A stretch of 64,000 bases of DNA. It comes from Camelus ferus. Lineage: Eukaryota. Positions 13,216-27,589 of the stretch are shown piece after piece; position 1 is the stretch's first letter, and each line of letters begins with the position of its first letter. The position numbers and the translations under genes are program-made. The notes below the pieces were generated by a model. The model did not search any database. It saw nothing but the letters and a program-made list of their open reading frames with translations, and was not told where the DNA came from. The stretch lies in NCBI RefSeq assembly GCF_009834535.1, contig NC_045696.1, forward strand, positions 35,590,001 through 35,654,000, given 5' to 3'.

Positions 13216-16200
13216 TGCCCTCAGTGGAAGCAGGCCATTGAAGGGAAGAAGAATGTGGGTTAGCAATGTAATGGCCAGGTCAGCAGGGCCTTGAGGATTC
13301 AAGTAATGAGGGGAAGGAATGGAATTAATGACAGGTATTAGTCATGAGAAGAAAAAGGAAAACTTGTTTCTCTCAACCCTAGGAGGAAAGAAGGAAAAAG
13401 TGGGTGACTCTAGAAAGTCACTGCCTGAAACAGGTCATGAACTGAATTGGATGAGGATAAAGAAGTTGCTAAACCACAGGGTAAAAATGCAATGCACCCT
13501 TTCTAATTGCTCCAGCTGTTGTTCATCTCCTTTGTGCCGTGGACCTAGACAGAACATTTACAGCTCTACAGTGGATATAAAGTAAGAGCGTAACAGAACG
13601 ACCAAGGGATTAAGGGAGCCAGTATGGAAATGGTATTACATCTGCTCTTAAATGGTATGAAAATAAATGATTCTAGGTAGTCCATTCTCTGTAAAATCAA
13701 TTTTTGTACAATTATGGCCCTTTTCTGGGGAAATCCTATGTGTTTGTTGTTCATATATTTTTTCTTTATTTCAGTGATTTTTTTGTTGTTGTTACTTCGT
13801 TTTGGCTAATGGTTTTGAGATGTGGCTGTGGCCACAATTGTCATTGCCTTCTATTTATGCACATTAACAAGATGTCTTCGTTCTCATGTCTTTAAGTTTC
13901 CCTGAAAGATTAGCTTCCCTACTTATTTAATGAACAGGCCCTTAATTAACATTCACTTCTTGTACAGGAATCTTTTATTCAAGGCCTGTTTCTACCAGGT
14001 AAACTGAGAAACAGTTCATAAAATCAGAGAAAGTATGGATGATAACTTATCAAGGAGATGTGTGGAGTTTCCCTAAGTACGGCAGCCAGTGTCTTCTCTA
14101 GGTCAGTAATCTGCAGCTCTCTTGTCTGATACATTTAGAATTTTTAGGGGCAATCTGTTGATGGGAAGAATTTGTTCTAGTTTATGTTCTTCTATTTAGT
14201 TTACTATAAAGCACAGTGATATGAAAGGAAAAAAAAAAAGACTGAGATTGACAAGTAGCAAAATTTTAAAACAGGAAAAAAATGTCTTTTCTGAAAACTT
14301 TTTATATCCTGGTCAACCTTGGTTATCTATGTTGAAGAGAAACAGTTTCTAAGTAATTGAATATTTGAAGAGTTCCTAGAATATGTCTGGTGCTGGGCTT
14401 TAGTATCAAGTTCACTGTTTCTATAGTGCAATTCTCTATGATTCACTTTTAGCCTGGGAATTACCTAAAAGCTGTGTTCAGTTCTAAAAATGTAAAATCA
14501 TTATGGCGTGGAGAGGTAGGGAAGAAAATGTTACCACAAGGTTCTGCGTAATTTATAATCAATCTGTTCTGAAAGATTCAGATCAAATTGGGATTGACAT
14601 CAACCCCTCTTAGAATCAAAGACTGATCCACCTCAAATTTTTGGAATCAGTCAGTCCTAGAAGACTTTGCAAATAAGGAGACAAGGTGTATCAATAGAAG
14701 CTTCTAAGACAATTCATAATTTCACTAGTCATGCATGACCTAGAACTTGAAGAGGACTGAGATACAAATTTGGGCCTCAATGGCTCTGTAATGTGATGGA
14801 ACATACTGACTACTTCTGGCAGTCCCCATGTCACCGTCAAGCTTGGGCTGAGGCTTCTGTATTCCAAGTTTTTTTTTTTTTTTAAGCAGAAAACCCCAAA
14901 ACCATGCAACAGCTTTTATTCATATCTAGCAGACTTTTCATTTCTTCTAATTGCAAAAGGCTGATGCATTGGCATACATGCCACTTCCAGGAATGCTCTT
15001 AACCACTTCATCAGACTTGGCACTGTCTAGATGTTGGTTTTGATTGCCAACCTACAAAAGAGGAGAATCACAAAAGGGAAAATTAACAAGTGTGCACAGT
15101 TCCAGAATTTGTTCTACAAATGTGTTTTAAATCAAATGAATCATCCTTTGGCACAAGCTGTTCACTTTATAGCCATTCATTTGAACGGCTTAGTCTATGT
15201 CTCCCGAAGACTGTGGTTAGCATTACTATTGATGAATGAGACAGTTATCTTAAATCATAAATAAAACAAACAGAATAATTTAGCATTTGACTCTCAGAAG
15301 AAGGTATGTTATCTCACTTTGCACTGGCAATATATTTTAAAGGGAAGTATTCAGAAAAATCTGTTTAAACCACAAAAGGATCAAGGATGTGTCTGCATAG
15401 AACTGCTGCATGAAAAAGTAATTTGATCCAACAAATGCATCTTGATTTAGAAAATATGTGGTCCTTCAAAATATTTGATCACTTTGCTTTTCTAGTATTT
15501 TTATTACATAAAAGTGATTTTAGTGCTCATCCTTGTAACATTCTAATTTGATTAAAGGTCTCTGGCACTAAATACAACTCATGCTTTGAAACATTTAGTC
15601 TTAAGATCAATTTTTTAAATGAATGTCAAATCTTTGCAAGGGTAAAGATTTACAAAAGTAAATAATATTATTTATAAGTGAGTAATAAATATTAACTCTC
15701 TTAGAGATAAATTGGGCTTTTTTTTTCTATCTCAATCTTTACTTTTAAAGAAGTTCTGTTGTTCATTTATAATTTCTTCAAGACCATTTTTTAAAACTGG
15801 AACCTTAGGCAAGATAAAAACTTAATCAATGTGTGTAATATTTTCCTCATATTGTGTAAGCTATCTGTAAATAAGCCTGTGCATTTCTGCATCCCTGTCG
15901 AACATCTGTCTTACAAAACAAACCTTTGGGAGTAATAATCGTGAAATGGCAATGTTATTTCAGAATGTTCTTATAGCAGTGAGTGGAAACTGAAGAAGTA
16001 AGGATGGAAAAGATTTCTGTGTGAGCCCGCTTGCCTCCATTTCTGTGTGACAGGTGTCCGTTCTGGTGAAGTGCGCTGGACAGGGGGATAGCAGGATATC
16101 ATCGCCTTGCTCTGAATGGTCTCTCCCAGCAGGGGCTTGCTTATCTGCTCTTTCTCTGATTCTTACTGGACTCCAATTTTCACTCATCATGTGAATTGAC

Positions 16201-16550
16201 AGGAAGGATTTATTCAGAGAGATATTTTACCTCACTTTCAATCTGAGTACAGGCTTCTGTTTGTGGGCCTCTGTAACATGTTACCCCAACATAAAATAAA
16301 ATTGAGTTCTGTAAGGTTTTGAGAGGTCTAGGGTAGAGAAGATGTCTTTACTGGGTTTTATTCATCCTGGGTTCAAGAATTTTACTCTAAGATAAGAGTT
16401 ATTTGGTGCAATTATTATGATATGGGTATTATATAGAATATAAATGCTGATAGGAAATACCAGCATTTATTAAGACAGCAAAAGGATTTTTAATCAATGA
16501 GTTTCCACAATAAAAGCTAAAATATGTACAATTATACATACTACACATAC

Positions 16551-16597
16551 ATGTGCGCATATATATATATATATGTGTATATATATATATATATATG
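16551..16597. repeat. (TA)n microsatellite with TG interruption
   Basis: Directly visible. Confidence 0.9.
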
Positions 16598-17889
16598 AAG
16601 TTCAGCAAGATATTTTTCTGTTGTTTGGAAATTGGCAAGTAAGATCACAAAATAGGGGGGAAAATGCACCAATAGACCTCATTCAAAAGAGAACTGCAGG
16701 CAGTTAGGGCCAGATTTCTGGAAGGTGTTTTAAATGGCTCCAAATGGGTCCCTGCAGTGTAGAGACCTATAGAGTCCTCTGAAAAAGTCATGAGCACATA
16801 TAGGAGGTCAGAAAACAATCCCAAAGCCTGGTATCAGCCAAGAAAACAGTGAACTCAACAAATGCAGTGCAACTGTGTGCACAGTAAGGATAAACTTTTT
16901 CATTTTTCTACAACCTCTCCATGATGCCCCCAATATCAGAAGAGAGAAAGAAGGAATAAAAGTGCAGAGTTTCTTCTCTCTCACTCAGGAAATTGCTGTT
17001 TTATAATGGTGTACCATGGGCATGAATAATGGAAAGTGAGCAGGAAGCCATGAGATATTCTAGCAGTGTCATCAAAGAACAGGAAAGCAAGGTGCAACAG
17101 ATCAGAGGAGCTCTGTTCTCTGTACTTCACTTAAAAAATGGCATGAGTCTGGTCTGCATTGCGATGTGTATTTCTTGTTTGAGGGCTCATTGTCATGATA
17201 TGATATTTGCCTTGGTAGTTTGGTTTGCCGGGGAATCCCCAAGAAAGGCTAAATAATTAAGTGTCTCTGTTTTTCTAACTTAGAAATGCTATATTCTGAG
17301 CTTAGAAGGACAGAATTTAAAAAACACAACACAACAAAAAAAACAGAAAAATAACCATTTGGTTCAGAAGAGTCACATCTACCTAGAGTAGACAGAAAAA
17401 TAGGGGCCTCAATGAATGAAAATGAGTCCACTAAACCACGGTATAACACCACAAACCATCTTCTTACCCCACTGTAGCGACTGTAGTCCTATTACTCAAA
17501 TAATTTCTAATATTATCTGTATTACAACTTCCAACTTTCAAGAGTGAGATTGAGGCACTGATGATGCTGAGGTAGGAATATGTGTGTTTACAAATGTGTG
17601 TGTGTGTGTGTGTTAGCTCTGGGTATCTGTGCACTTATTATATCCTTTTGTGTGTCTGTGTTTGGTTTTCCTAAGCTCAGACCTAATGGATACCAGGACT
17701 TCCTGTTGACAGTGTTTGCTGGTAACTAGAGTAGGCACAAATTGTCCAAGTGTCTTGAAAATCTAAATAGAACTCAAGATGGTCTCAGCTCTCATCAATA
17801 TTTTGAGTATCTTCAGAGACCCAAGGTGCGTTACTTTGTCTTCTTCTAGAAGTCTTAGTTTGCCTTCTTTTACAAGTAGGGGAATGTGA

Positions 17890-18270
17890 ACATGACATAG
17901 GGAAAGGAAGGCAGCCGATGAAGGGTCAGGTATTGGTCATGTTACTCTGGAAGAGACTGGAATTTAATTCTGCTGTGGAACAGCAAGAACCAGTATAGAA
18001 CATTTGCTGCAGAGAAGAGAAAGCTTGGATATTTATACATAGACTCCTTACCAGTCCTTGCCTAAGGGCCGCCCAAAGGATGAGGGGTAACTGAAGGGAG
18101 AATTAACTCTTAGAACTTCCAACGTGATGTGTTTGGGCAGAGCTGACTCCAAAGGCCAAAGAAAGCCCACAGTCAAATGAGTGAGGTGCTGGCATCTTGA
18201 AATAGGAACCTTAACCTACAATAGTAAATTCCAAAGGGATTTTGTTGGGATGCCGGCAAAATATGCCCAT
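17890..18270 (-). mobile_element. Old ERVL LTR (LTR33/LTR16-like)
   Basis: AGAGAAAGCTTGGATATTTATACATAGACTCCTTACCAGTCCTTG resembles the antisense TATA region of recalled LTR33-type consensus. Boundaries are approximate. Confidence 0.55.
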
Positions 18271-19074
18271 TAGGTGTCCTGAATGGATGGAAGTACTTCA
18301 AATCAGCTAATCTCTAACTGAGATGATAGGTTCCATGTGCATTAGGGGAGCACGGGATATCAGATAGTAATTTGTAAAGAAACCCAACTCTAGCGATGAG
18401 AGTGTTTCACGGGTAGGCTCCATTACACAGCTTTAACCATTGTACGTGGCTTTAACCGTTCCACCACGCCCAGACGGTAACGGACACAAACTCTTCTGGA
18501 ATAAACTCATTTTATGATACTTACTTTTTTACCAAGAAATTAATCAGAGATATGTAAAGAGATATTTATTGCATTATTAGTTTAGAAAGGACCGTTGAAC
18601 CACAATAAGGAGAACTATAACGTTGTTTTATTGAATGATAAATAAAATTCTGCTGTCTCAAGCGTCTTTTTAGAGAACGACTTGAATATTTCTTAATCTT
18701 ATTTCAGTAGGATAGTAGGAAAGGGAAAGAGTATAGGATTAAATAAGTACTCATCACTAGCTTTTTTTCTTTAAAGATTTACCAGTTTTAAATTTCTATA
18801 AAATTGAAATAGAAATCATCTTATTGTTTATATTACAAAGTGTAACTGGAAAATATTAATGGGAGAAATTCAAATGAGAGAAGTATGTGAAAATGAATGG
18901 GAGTACCACTACTTGCTAAATGTTTTAGTTGAAGTTCTTAATATTTTTAATTCTGGGTCTCCTTTTTTTCTGAAATCAAAAATAATTCCTATTTTGTTAA
19001 GATTGCTATTAGAATTAAATAAAATAATGTGTGAATCTAATATATTAAATGATCAGTAATTGAGCTTTACATAG

Positions 19075-19175
19075 GGTGTGTGTATATAAATATATACACA
19101 TAAATATGTATATATGTACATGTATATACATACATATATGAGAGTACATATATTATATATCGAGTGTACATATAA
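19075..19175. repeat. Low-complexity (TA/TG/CA) repeat
   Basis: Alternating purine-pyrimidine tract. Confidence 0.8.
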
Positions 19176-20730
19176 ATTTTTTTGTGTGTTGGGTTTTTAA
19201 AACTAGTACATTCAGGTTTTACATTTCAGTGGTTTTCTTTAACTATCAACTATAGGTATATAATTTTCTCACTAGTGTCCTATCTGATGAGTTATGTGAT
19301 TTAAATAATTTATGTTCAAATTTCATAAAATATTTGTATCCCTCAATATTTTTATAGTTTTATATTCATATTTAATACTATAAACATAGCCTCCTTATAT
19401 GGGGTTGAAAATTTGTCGATTTAAGATTTCAAAGGCACCAATAAAGTTGACACTAAGTATTCAGATGCCAGTTTTGCAGTAGGCACTCTTGAGATATTTT
19501 GTCATCAACGTGATTCGTCGCTTCCCTAAATGAGCATTGCTAGTTAGCAATTTGTAGTCCGTAGGGCCTTTTAATTTGTCTTCAAATAGTGACTTTGAAC
19601 ATATGTTATTTTGTTAAATTATAGATGTTAGCTGAATAAATTCTTTGGTTGCATGTTTTCTTTCTACAGTAAGTTGATTGTTTCCTGTAAAACCCTGCTG
19701 ACTTTTCATGGAATGTGTTGGAGAAATTTTCTCACAATTTTCCTTCTGTGTCTGTAGTTCTTGTAGTTACTTCCTTTATTATAAGCTTAATTGCTATGGG
19801 TTTTGTAATAAGGACATGTTCTTTTTTTGTTGTTCAAAACTTTTGTTTTATTTGGGTTGATTTTTTTTTCTTATCTGATTTCATGAGCCACTATTTCACT
19901 AGAAAGCTACTGGTGAATTACCAAAAGCATTTCCCAACCTATCTTTATACATTTAAAAAAAATTATGAATGAAGAGAACACATACATTATATTGATTATG
20001 TGCAATTACCTCTGCATTGGAGGCTTTATATTGAACACAAATGTTAATAGAATATTCACTCCACATGTACCCATTTGCAAATGTTATACATTGTTTAGAA
20101 CCCAATGTCTGGTCTTAGAGGATTCTTATTTCAGGATCCCTTTTCAGAGGATTAAACCAAGCCATTAGAGCCCAAAATCAGTTTGACAGTCAGTTATTCC
20201 TAAGGTTAACAAAGAGTAAAAGTACCACACTTGAGCCATCCAGGAAAGCAAGATGTATACATAGATCCATAAACGTATATATGAAAACCAACTGTGAGAC
20301 CCCTAGAATGTAACAAGGGTAGGGAAACTCAGTCGTGTTTGGAGAATGGACTGCCAGGCTTCTCAAACCTCAAGTTTTCTTCGCCTCCAGCATTTTTCCC
20401 TCATTTTTTTCCTAGCTAGGTGCATTTTGAAGTAAATTTAACTTGAAAAGCATGTTTCTAAAGCTAAACCACAGACTGTGCAATGTGAATAATAATGATC
20501 CTGGGCTTATTGTTTTTCAATTCCAGAAGAAATCTGACAGATCAGGCCAGTTTCTCCTCTCTGTGTAATAATTTACACAGATTTTTTTTCAACAAACAAG
20601 TCTGAAAATTAGATAAAATATATGGAACATGGCAAAAAAAATGTTCAAAATCATTCAAAGTCATACAATGGATTTAACTAGCTCTCAATTCTGGTAAATA
20701 ATGTATACTATGTTTTATTTCAAGTTATTC

Positions 20731-20878
20731 TTTTTTGAAATATTATTTTATTGAGGTATATTTTACATCTCATGAAATCCACCCAATTCAAGTATACAAT
20801 TCAAAAATTTTTAGTAGCTACTGACTGATGCCACTGTCACCATAAATCAGTTTTAGAATATTTTTATCCCCCCAATAG
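20731..20878 (-). mobile_element. Old L1M 3' end fragment
   Basis: TTTTATTGAGGTATATTTTACAT...AAGTATACAATTCAA...TTTTAGAATATTTTTATC is an antisense L1MB/MD-type terminus. Confidence 0.75.
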
Positions 20879-23429
20879 GTAATGATAATGAACCCATCAC
20901 TGCATTTTAAGACAGTTTTTAATATAATTCTAATATAAGAGTTGAATGTAATTTTTCATAACTAAAACCCAACACAAAGTGACTTCAGTTCACAAGCTTG
21001 GGAATGAATGTTTAGAATTTTTCCTCACCTTAGTTAAAACATAGTGTCCCCTGTAAAATCTGACATTTATGCAGCATTATATGAGAATTCTTGTTCTGTG
21101 TAGGCAAAAGACATTTTTTGGTTAGCTATTGGAAATTCGAAACGCAGGAACCTAAATATACACATTGAAATAAAAGCCAAATTCTTAAAAGAAACAAGTA
21201 TTACTGTATTTGTAGCCACATAATTTTCTTTTTTTTTTTTTTTTGCTTTTCTTATGCAATCCAAAAATGGAACAACTTAAGACTATTTTTTTCTAATGTG
21301 CTAAAATTTTTATGGTGCATGTAAAAATTAATCCGCTCCAGTTCTCAAAATTCTAAGGTCGATTATGTGAAGTTTACATAATTGCAAAAATATGCGTTGA
21401 TGCATTTTCCTTATTTAGATGGACTTGAGAACTAGCATTACTCCAAAATTCATGGCTAGCTAAAAAGGTATTTGACAAAAATCCTTTAGATAAATTAATC
21501 CTGTTCCTGGAACTAAAGAGGTCAAGCCACAGGCATCATGGAAATTAAGCAGCAGGTAGTCTGCCTCTGCAATTTCTCCTTTGTTTTCTGTGTACATTTT
21601 TAAGAATCTCTGTTTGTGGGGAATGAAATGTTAGTTATTGAAACTAAATGTTTGAACTTCTTAATCAAGTGATATGGGACAAAAAGAGATTGGGAAGTGT
21701 ATTAGTAACTGCAGGCATGGACAATGAGAATTTTACAGCCAAATTAGGAATTTTTCAAGTATGATTGCTTTTGGGGACTCTAAGTCTCTGTTGGCAATTC
21801 TACCGTTAGTGCAACAGAGACCAAATGAAGCAGGGAGGGAGGAATTTTGCTTATGTAAATATGCAAACAGACCCAAATTAGCATATCCCCACCTGCATCT
21901 GACAAACAGCTAGACAAGAAGAAATTAATAAACACATCTTCTTTTATTAATTAATTTGTTAAATTTTAATTGATCATGGCTTTGGGATGCATACTCTGAG
22001 AAGATGTAGAATGAATATTAGGATTCATGTAATTGTCAAGTGCATTTAGCTTTTTCCTGTTACTTAAAACTCTCTCAGGTGATTTCTCTTGAATTAACAA
22101 ATAAAGACTATCGTGTTCTTTAAGAGTGTATCTATATTAGAAGTAAGTTCCTAGCATCAAGGTTAACAGGGAAGTAGGACCACTCAGAAAGATGATTTCA
22201 GGTCATCAAAATATTTTACTTTCTATATAATGACCCACCAAAAATGTTCTCTTTTCTGGAATACTCCCTGTCTTTTTTTTTTTTTCCAAGCCAATGAGTC
22301 TTTCTGTATGTAAGTAAATTGAAAAGCTCTGAGCTAATTCAAAACTCTGATTTCCAAATGTTTGACCAGACTTTGCAGATTTCCTGTTCTGGGAGGTTTG
22401 AGCTTTTACCTCCTTAAAGGAAGGGATCAACCTACATGAATTTGAAAAAGGACCTCCCTCCCTGCTTCATTTGGTCTCTGCTGCATTCACGGTGGAATTG
22501 CTAGACACATCCAAGCCATATGGGCTGGGCATGTACAAGCCACATGCTACGCAGAATTTCTCAACATTCTGTTCTGCTTCCACACACAGGATCATTACTA
22601 TTTAGATGCAACGTATACTTGTATGGTGTGCATTTATGGGGGGATAATGCACTATAAAAATTCATGATTCATGCAACAGTGAAGAGTGAAGTGATGGTTG
22701 CTCACTCATGCGTGTGATACTTATAAGGACAACTGTCATTCCTTCAGGAGTAAATCGTGAAGTTACTGTAGGGCCACATTTAAATTCATACAAATGCACG
22801 CATAAGTATGTCTGTACATGTGTATATGTGTTTCAAATTTTGGTAACTCAGTTAAAGCTAGCTATTTATTACCTGTAACACAAACCCCAGTTTAGCCTGG
22901 TATAACAGGGTTTATATATGATGCCTGAAAGAATTCTGGACTGATACAATTGTGGTAGCACCTCCATCTTATTTTCTTTCCTTGCTTGTAAAAATGAAAG
23001 GATCTAGCAAAAACGGAACAAAATTATTTACCTTGGGCCTGGATGGTACCAATGAGGAGTGGGTCCAGATAAGTGTCAGCTTATGTTTAGTGTCTAGTAT
23101 GTAACTATCTAAGCATGGAGTTAATGAGCAGAGACACAGGTGTTCAATAGATAATAAGCCTATAAGTGCAGAAGTACCTATCCCTTAAATAGTGTAATAG
23201 GTTAAAATTGTGCTTTATCAAAGCTGCTACAGGTAGGTTTTAAGCCTGGTGTTGCTTAAACATCAAAGACAGTGCATGTTGGAGATCTCTGGGTTTGAAG
23301 AAGTTTAGACCAAAAAAAATTATAGCAAGATTGTGTGTATACCGGGTATTTCTATAGATAGCTCATTAGCTCTCTGTCAAGAAGAGTTCTTTTACTTGTT
23401 GGAAAAAACTTCTAGATGATATTCTACTA

Positions 23430-23985
23430 CTGTGATCATTTTATAACGTAGTTATTATTATTCAGGTGTAGTGAGGCCAAAGGTTAAGGAGATGATTGCT
23501 ATTGAAATGATAGTTTGTTATTTACAATTCCCAAGAGGAGACAGCATGCCACGGCATGGAGGACCAGACAGAGGAACACCAGGGTCAGTCAGGAGTCAGA
23601 AGGAGCAAGGAGAAAGCACAGGCAAGAGCCTTTATTGTGGTTTTGTAAGAAAGGCAAGGCAAGGCGAGATAAGGGAAGTGTATTTGGGACTGGCTAGTTT
23701 GAGTCATTACGGCAGTAGACTCTGAGGTGTAAGGACTTTCTCTGGTTGTCCGGTGCCGGGTCTGGGGATGCTTAGTGCAGAGGAACACAGCCTGCTAGAG
23801 CGTTAGGGACAGATAGAGAAGGCACTGGGCCGATTGGTTTGTGAGATGAAAGGCACAGCCCTGGGCCAGTCTTTGCTCTTTCTAAGAACTGGCGAACCTG
23901 GAAGAGGCAGTCTATCCACAGTCAGCAAAGCTCCAGATGCCGGAGCATCAGTAAAACAGAAAACAAGAAAATATATTTAATAGTG
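23430..23985 (-). mobile_element. ERVL-class LTR (MER54/MER74/MER76/MER88-like; subfamily uncertain)
   Basis: TAGTGAGGCCAA..GGAGATGATTGCTATTGAAATGATAGTTTGTTA..CAGGGTCAGTCAGGAG..GGCAAGAGCCTTTATTGTGGTTT matches a recalled eutherian LTR, including an antisense AATAAA. Confidence 0.7.
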
Positions 23986-25446
23986 TGACATACTAAGATT
24001 TAATTATGCAAATTGTATCTTTTACTTCTTTTTAAATTGAGGTCACATTTATATGTAGTGAATTGTATTAACTGTAAGTAAAATTAGATGACTTTTAACA
24101 AACATGCCTACCCCGGTGAAAGCATAGAATTTTTCTACCAGTGTCCCCTTTTCTTCTGTAGTTATAGTTTGTGAATAGAAATTTGATTTACTTAAAGGCC
24201 AGTACATATTTTATCTGGTATCTGAATGTGACATACATAATATAATGTCATTTTTCCCCTCCTTCCTGTTCTGCTTAAACATATGAACCAAGCAACCCAA
24301 GAACCAAGAGTGTAGCCTTTCAGACTAATTTTCTTGCTATTATCTGTAAAGTGGAAACTGGTTAAGTGGCAGTTCTCTTTTGTTCTAAAGGTATATTAAA
24401 CATTATGTCTATCCCCTCTTGCAGCAGGGCCTTTGTTACAAGCTCCGCAGAGAATGCCACCAGAGTCCAGATTTAGTTCCATCTGCCCTGTGCTGGAATG
24501 TGGCAATCCTACCCCCAGAGGACTCTGAGTCAGAGCAGACCTATTATCTCAGCAGCCCTTTAAAACAGACAGAAACTTACAATGTAGTTAGCCTCTTCGT
24601 TCTTGGCTGAAATTTTCTCTTCTTTCATTTGGGCTTGATCTTGTACCATCACCCTTTCCCCACCACCATGTGTCCATTAGCTACATTCAACAGCTGCCCC
24701 TCTCAAACTTTGGCGCCATCTGTACTAATATAATTTTGTCTGTACTAAGAAGTTGTTAAAGATATCATTTGATTTTGCCCAAGGCTTCATATTTAGTATG
24801 TAAATTTTGATTATTAACTTTGGTTTTGAAGTTTCTACTTTATTGTCTTTCTTTTGTGGAAACCACTGAATTAAGGCAATGAGGAGAGGATGCTGTTATA
24901 AACAATAAACAATCCTACATTGGTTGAGAACTTAGGATATTAAAATTCCAACAATATAAATTCTCTAAATATAATAACTAGGAAACTTATCCAAGGAAAA
25001 CTTTGAAAAAGTCTGGATTCAGACATATTGCTACTCCCAAAGCCAAGTTGTATCTTCTGGAAATTTTAAGATATTTAGAAATCTTATGAAGTGAGGAATT
25101 TCTCAAACAACTTTTGTCTCTCTGGGAGGCTAGTTTCTATGCTTTCCATGTAGATTGTTTATATTATCTCTGGAATGCATTTTTCTAAACTTAGGCTCAG
25201 GGAAATACTTAGAATAGTAAAGTATGGATTTTCAGAAATAAAGAATATTGTGTATTTAAAAATAATGCATACAGAGCTAAATGTCCATCTGTGTAGCAAT
25301 TTTGAGAGTACTTTATGCTTCATGTGTAATGATGAAGAAAAAGAATGCCCTAGATGTAATTAAATTTCAGTTATCTCATATTAAAACACAATCAGACCCT
25401 CCAATAGTATCATGTTATCTTTGTAAAGAGAACATTAGGCTAAACA

Positions 25447-25448
<2 letters not shown>

Positions 25449-25485
<37 letters not shown>

Positions 25486-25508
25486 ACACACACACTCACA
25501 CACACACA
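25449..25508. repeat. (CA)n microsatellite, about 30 units with two CT interruptions
   Basis: Directly visible. Confidence 0.95.
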
Positions 25509-25974
25509 AATACTTAGGTGAAGAACCATCTGTCATTTTCATTGCCTTGTATATCAATGCATGATGTCCTTGTTTAGGGCTCACTAGACTCTGAAATGGC
25601 AGACATTTGAGAATCCTCACAGCCCTCCAAAGGACTTAAAGAGAGAACACTATTGTAGCGTATCTCCGCAAATCCAAGGAACATTATCTTTTTCTAAAAT
25701 GTACTGATGCTGTAAATGTATCTAATCTCTCTGGGAATCTCAATATTTTATGACAGGTTTGCTGGTATACTGCATTTTTCAAGGACAATTAGTTATGAAG
25801 AAACCTTTATTTGCTCTAATGTTTTGTTATTCCTTATCTACATAATTTCTTATTTAGAATTAATCAATTCTAAAATAAGAGTTTTAAAAATAAGTATTTA
25901 TTATTAATATTAACCTCTTTCACAATGAAGCATATTTAGAAACCTCTGATTACCCTCATAGAATGTCAAAGCCA

Positions 25975-26895
25975 TGTCACACACATGAGATCATAGAAAA
26001 TATGCATGTATTGGTCTCTGTACCCTTTCATGGCACAGAGCTCCTAAAACTCATAATTTCCTAAATGATGAGAGTACTAGGAACATCTTTGTCCTTCTGC
26101 CTTTGACCCTAGTTCCTGACACCAGATCCCCAAAGCCCTAGTAATTTCCTGATTGGTAGAAGTGTCTTTTGTTCTAATGAGAAGACTCAGGATGGGTTCC
26201 TGAATGGCTCCTGGACAAGGGCTAGTCACCAGAAAGACCAAACCTTCATTAGAAGCCTGGAAATTTCAGCTCTGCCCCATTCCCTTGAGAATGGAGAAAA
26301 GCTAAAAATGGAGTTAATGATCTGTCATGCCTACATGATGAAGCCTCCATAAAAATCCCAGGTGTATGGAGTTAGGAGATCTTCCGGGTTGGATGAACAT
26401 ACCCCAGCTCCTCAGGGACAGAAGCTTCTGCACTCCAGACCCTCCCAGACCTTGCCCTATGTCTCTTCATCAGGCTGTTCTTCTTTATCCTTTATCATAT
26501 TCTTTGATAAACTGGTAAACATAAGTAACTGTTTTTCTGAATTCTGTGAGCCACTCTAGCAAATGAATTGAAACAGATCAAGGAGTCACGGAAACCTCCA
26601 ATTTGTAGCCAGGTCCTGCAGAAATTGTGGGTTACCTGGGGAGCTCCTACTTGTGATTGACATCTGAGGTGAGGGAGGAGCAGTCTTGTGGCAGCCCTTA
26701 AAGTGTGGAATCTGACATTATCGTCAAGTAGATAGTGTCAGAATTGAGTTAAATTATAGCACACCCAACAACTGGTGTTGCAGAATTGATTGGTGTGGGG
26801 AAGCCCACATGTTTAGTGACCAGAAGTGTCAGAAGTGTTGTAAGTATGGTCGGAGTGTGAGAGTAAAGAAGAAACACAGAAAGAACTAGTTTTTT
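25975..26895 (+). mobile_element. MER21-family LTR element
   Basis: Diagnostic phrases GGCACAGAGCTCCTAAAAC, GTCACCAGAAAGACCAA, ATGAAGCCTCCATAAAAATCCC, TTCTGTGAGCCACTCTAGCAAAT and GATAGTGTCAGAATTGAGTTAAATT. Confidence 0.85.
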
Positions 26896-27589
26896 TGAAA
26901 AAAAAAAAACCAAAGTATTTATAGATTGATCAGATTCTGTGAGGATACTGAATGATACTCAAAGAAGGAGAACTTAATGTTAAAAAATAAATATGAAGAT
27001 TAATTGAAAAAATGAAAAATGCCATCTCTTTTGATGAATTCATGCAATAAACATATGTGAAATGAAACTTATATTACTACTGTTTATTTTTCTCTTTTAT
27101 TGCTCCATGCTGGGATGGGAATGAGATTATAAATTGTAACTATATTCTCCACTCTTTAAAAGTACCTTGGGGTCTTCAAAATTCAATAATTAAAGTTTTA
27201 GAGTTTTTTTTTTTAAAGAAATTTAGAGCTGAAAAGGCTAAAATTTTGGCCAGAATTTCCCCCCATTATATTAAATCTATTTTAAACAAAAGATAAGGGA
27301 GGAATCTTGCTCAAAATTTATTTTCAATGTATGGTCTAGAATGTTTCTCTCTTGGCACTATTGATTTGGTTTAGAAAATTATTTTTCTCTTTATTATAGA
27401 AGAGAATGATATAATTTTATAAAAAATGTTATCTCTGTTTAACATATTATAATTTTCATCTTTGTTTGCATTTTATTATGTTAATAATCAATTAGGATCT
27501 AAGTAGGATTATTTTTCTTAGGAACTAGCCACAAAATATATTGTACATTTTATTGCAGAGCTAACCAAACTGTGTAACTAGATTTATGC

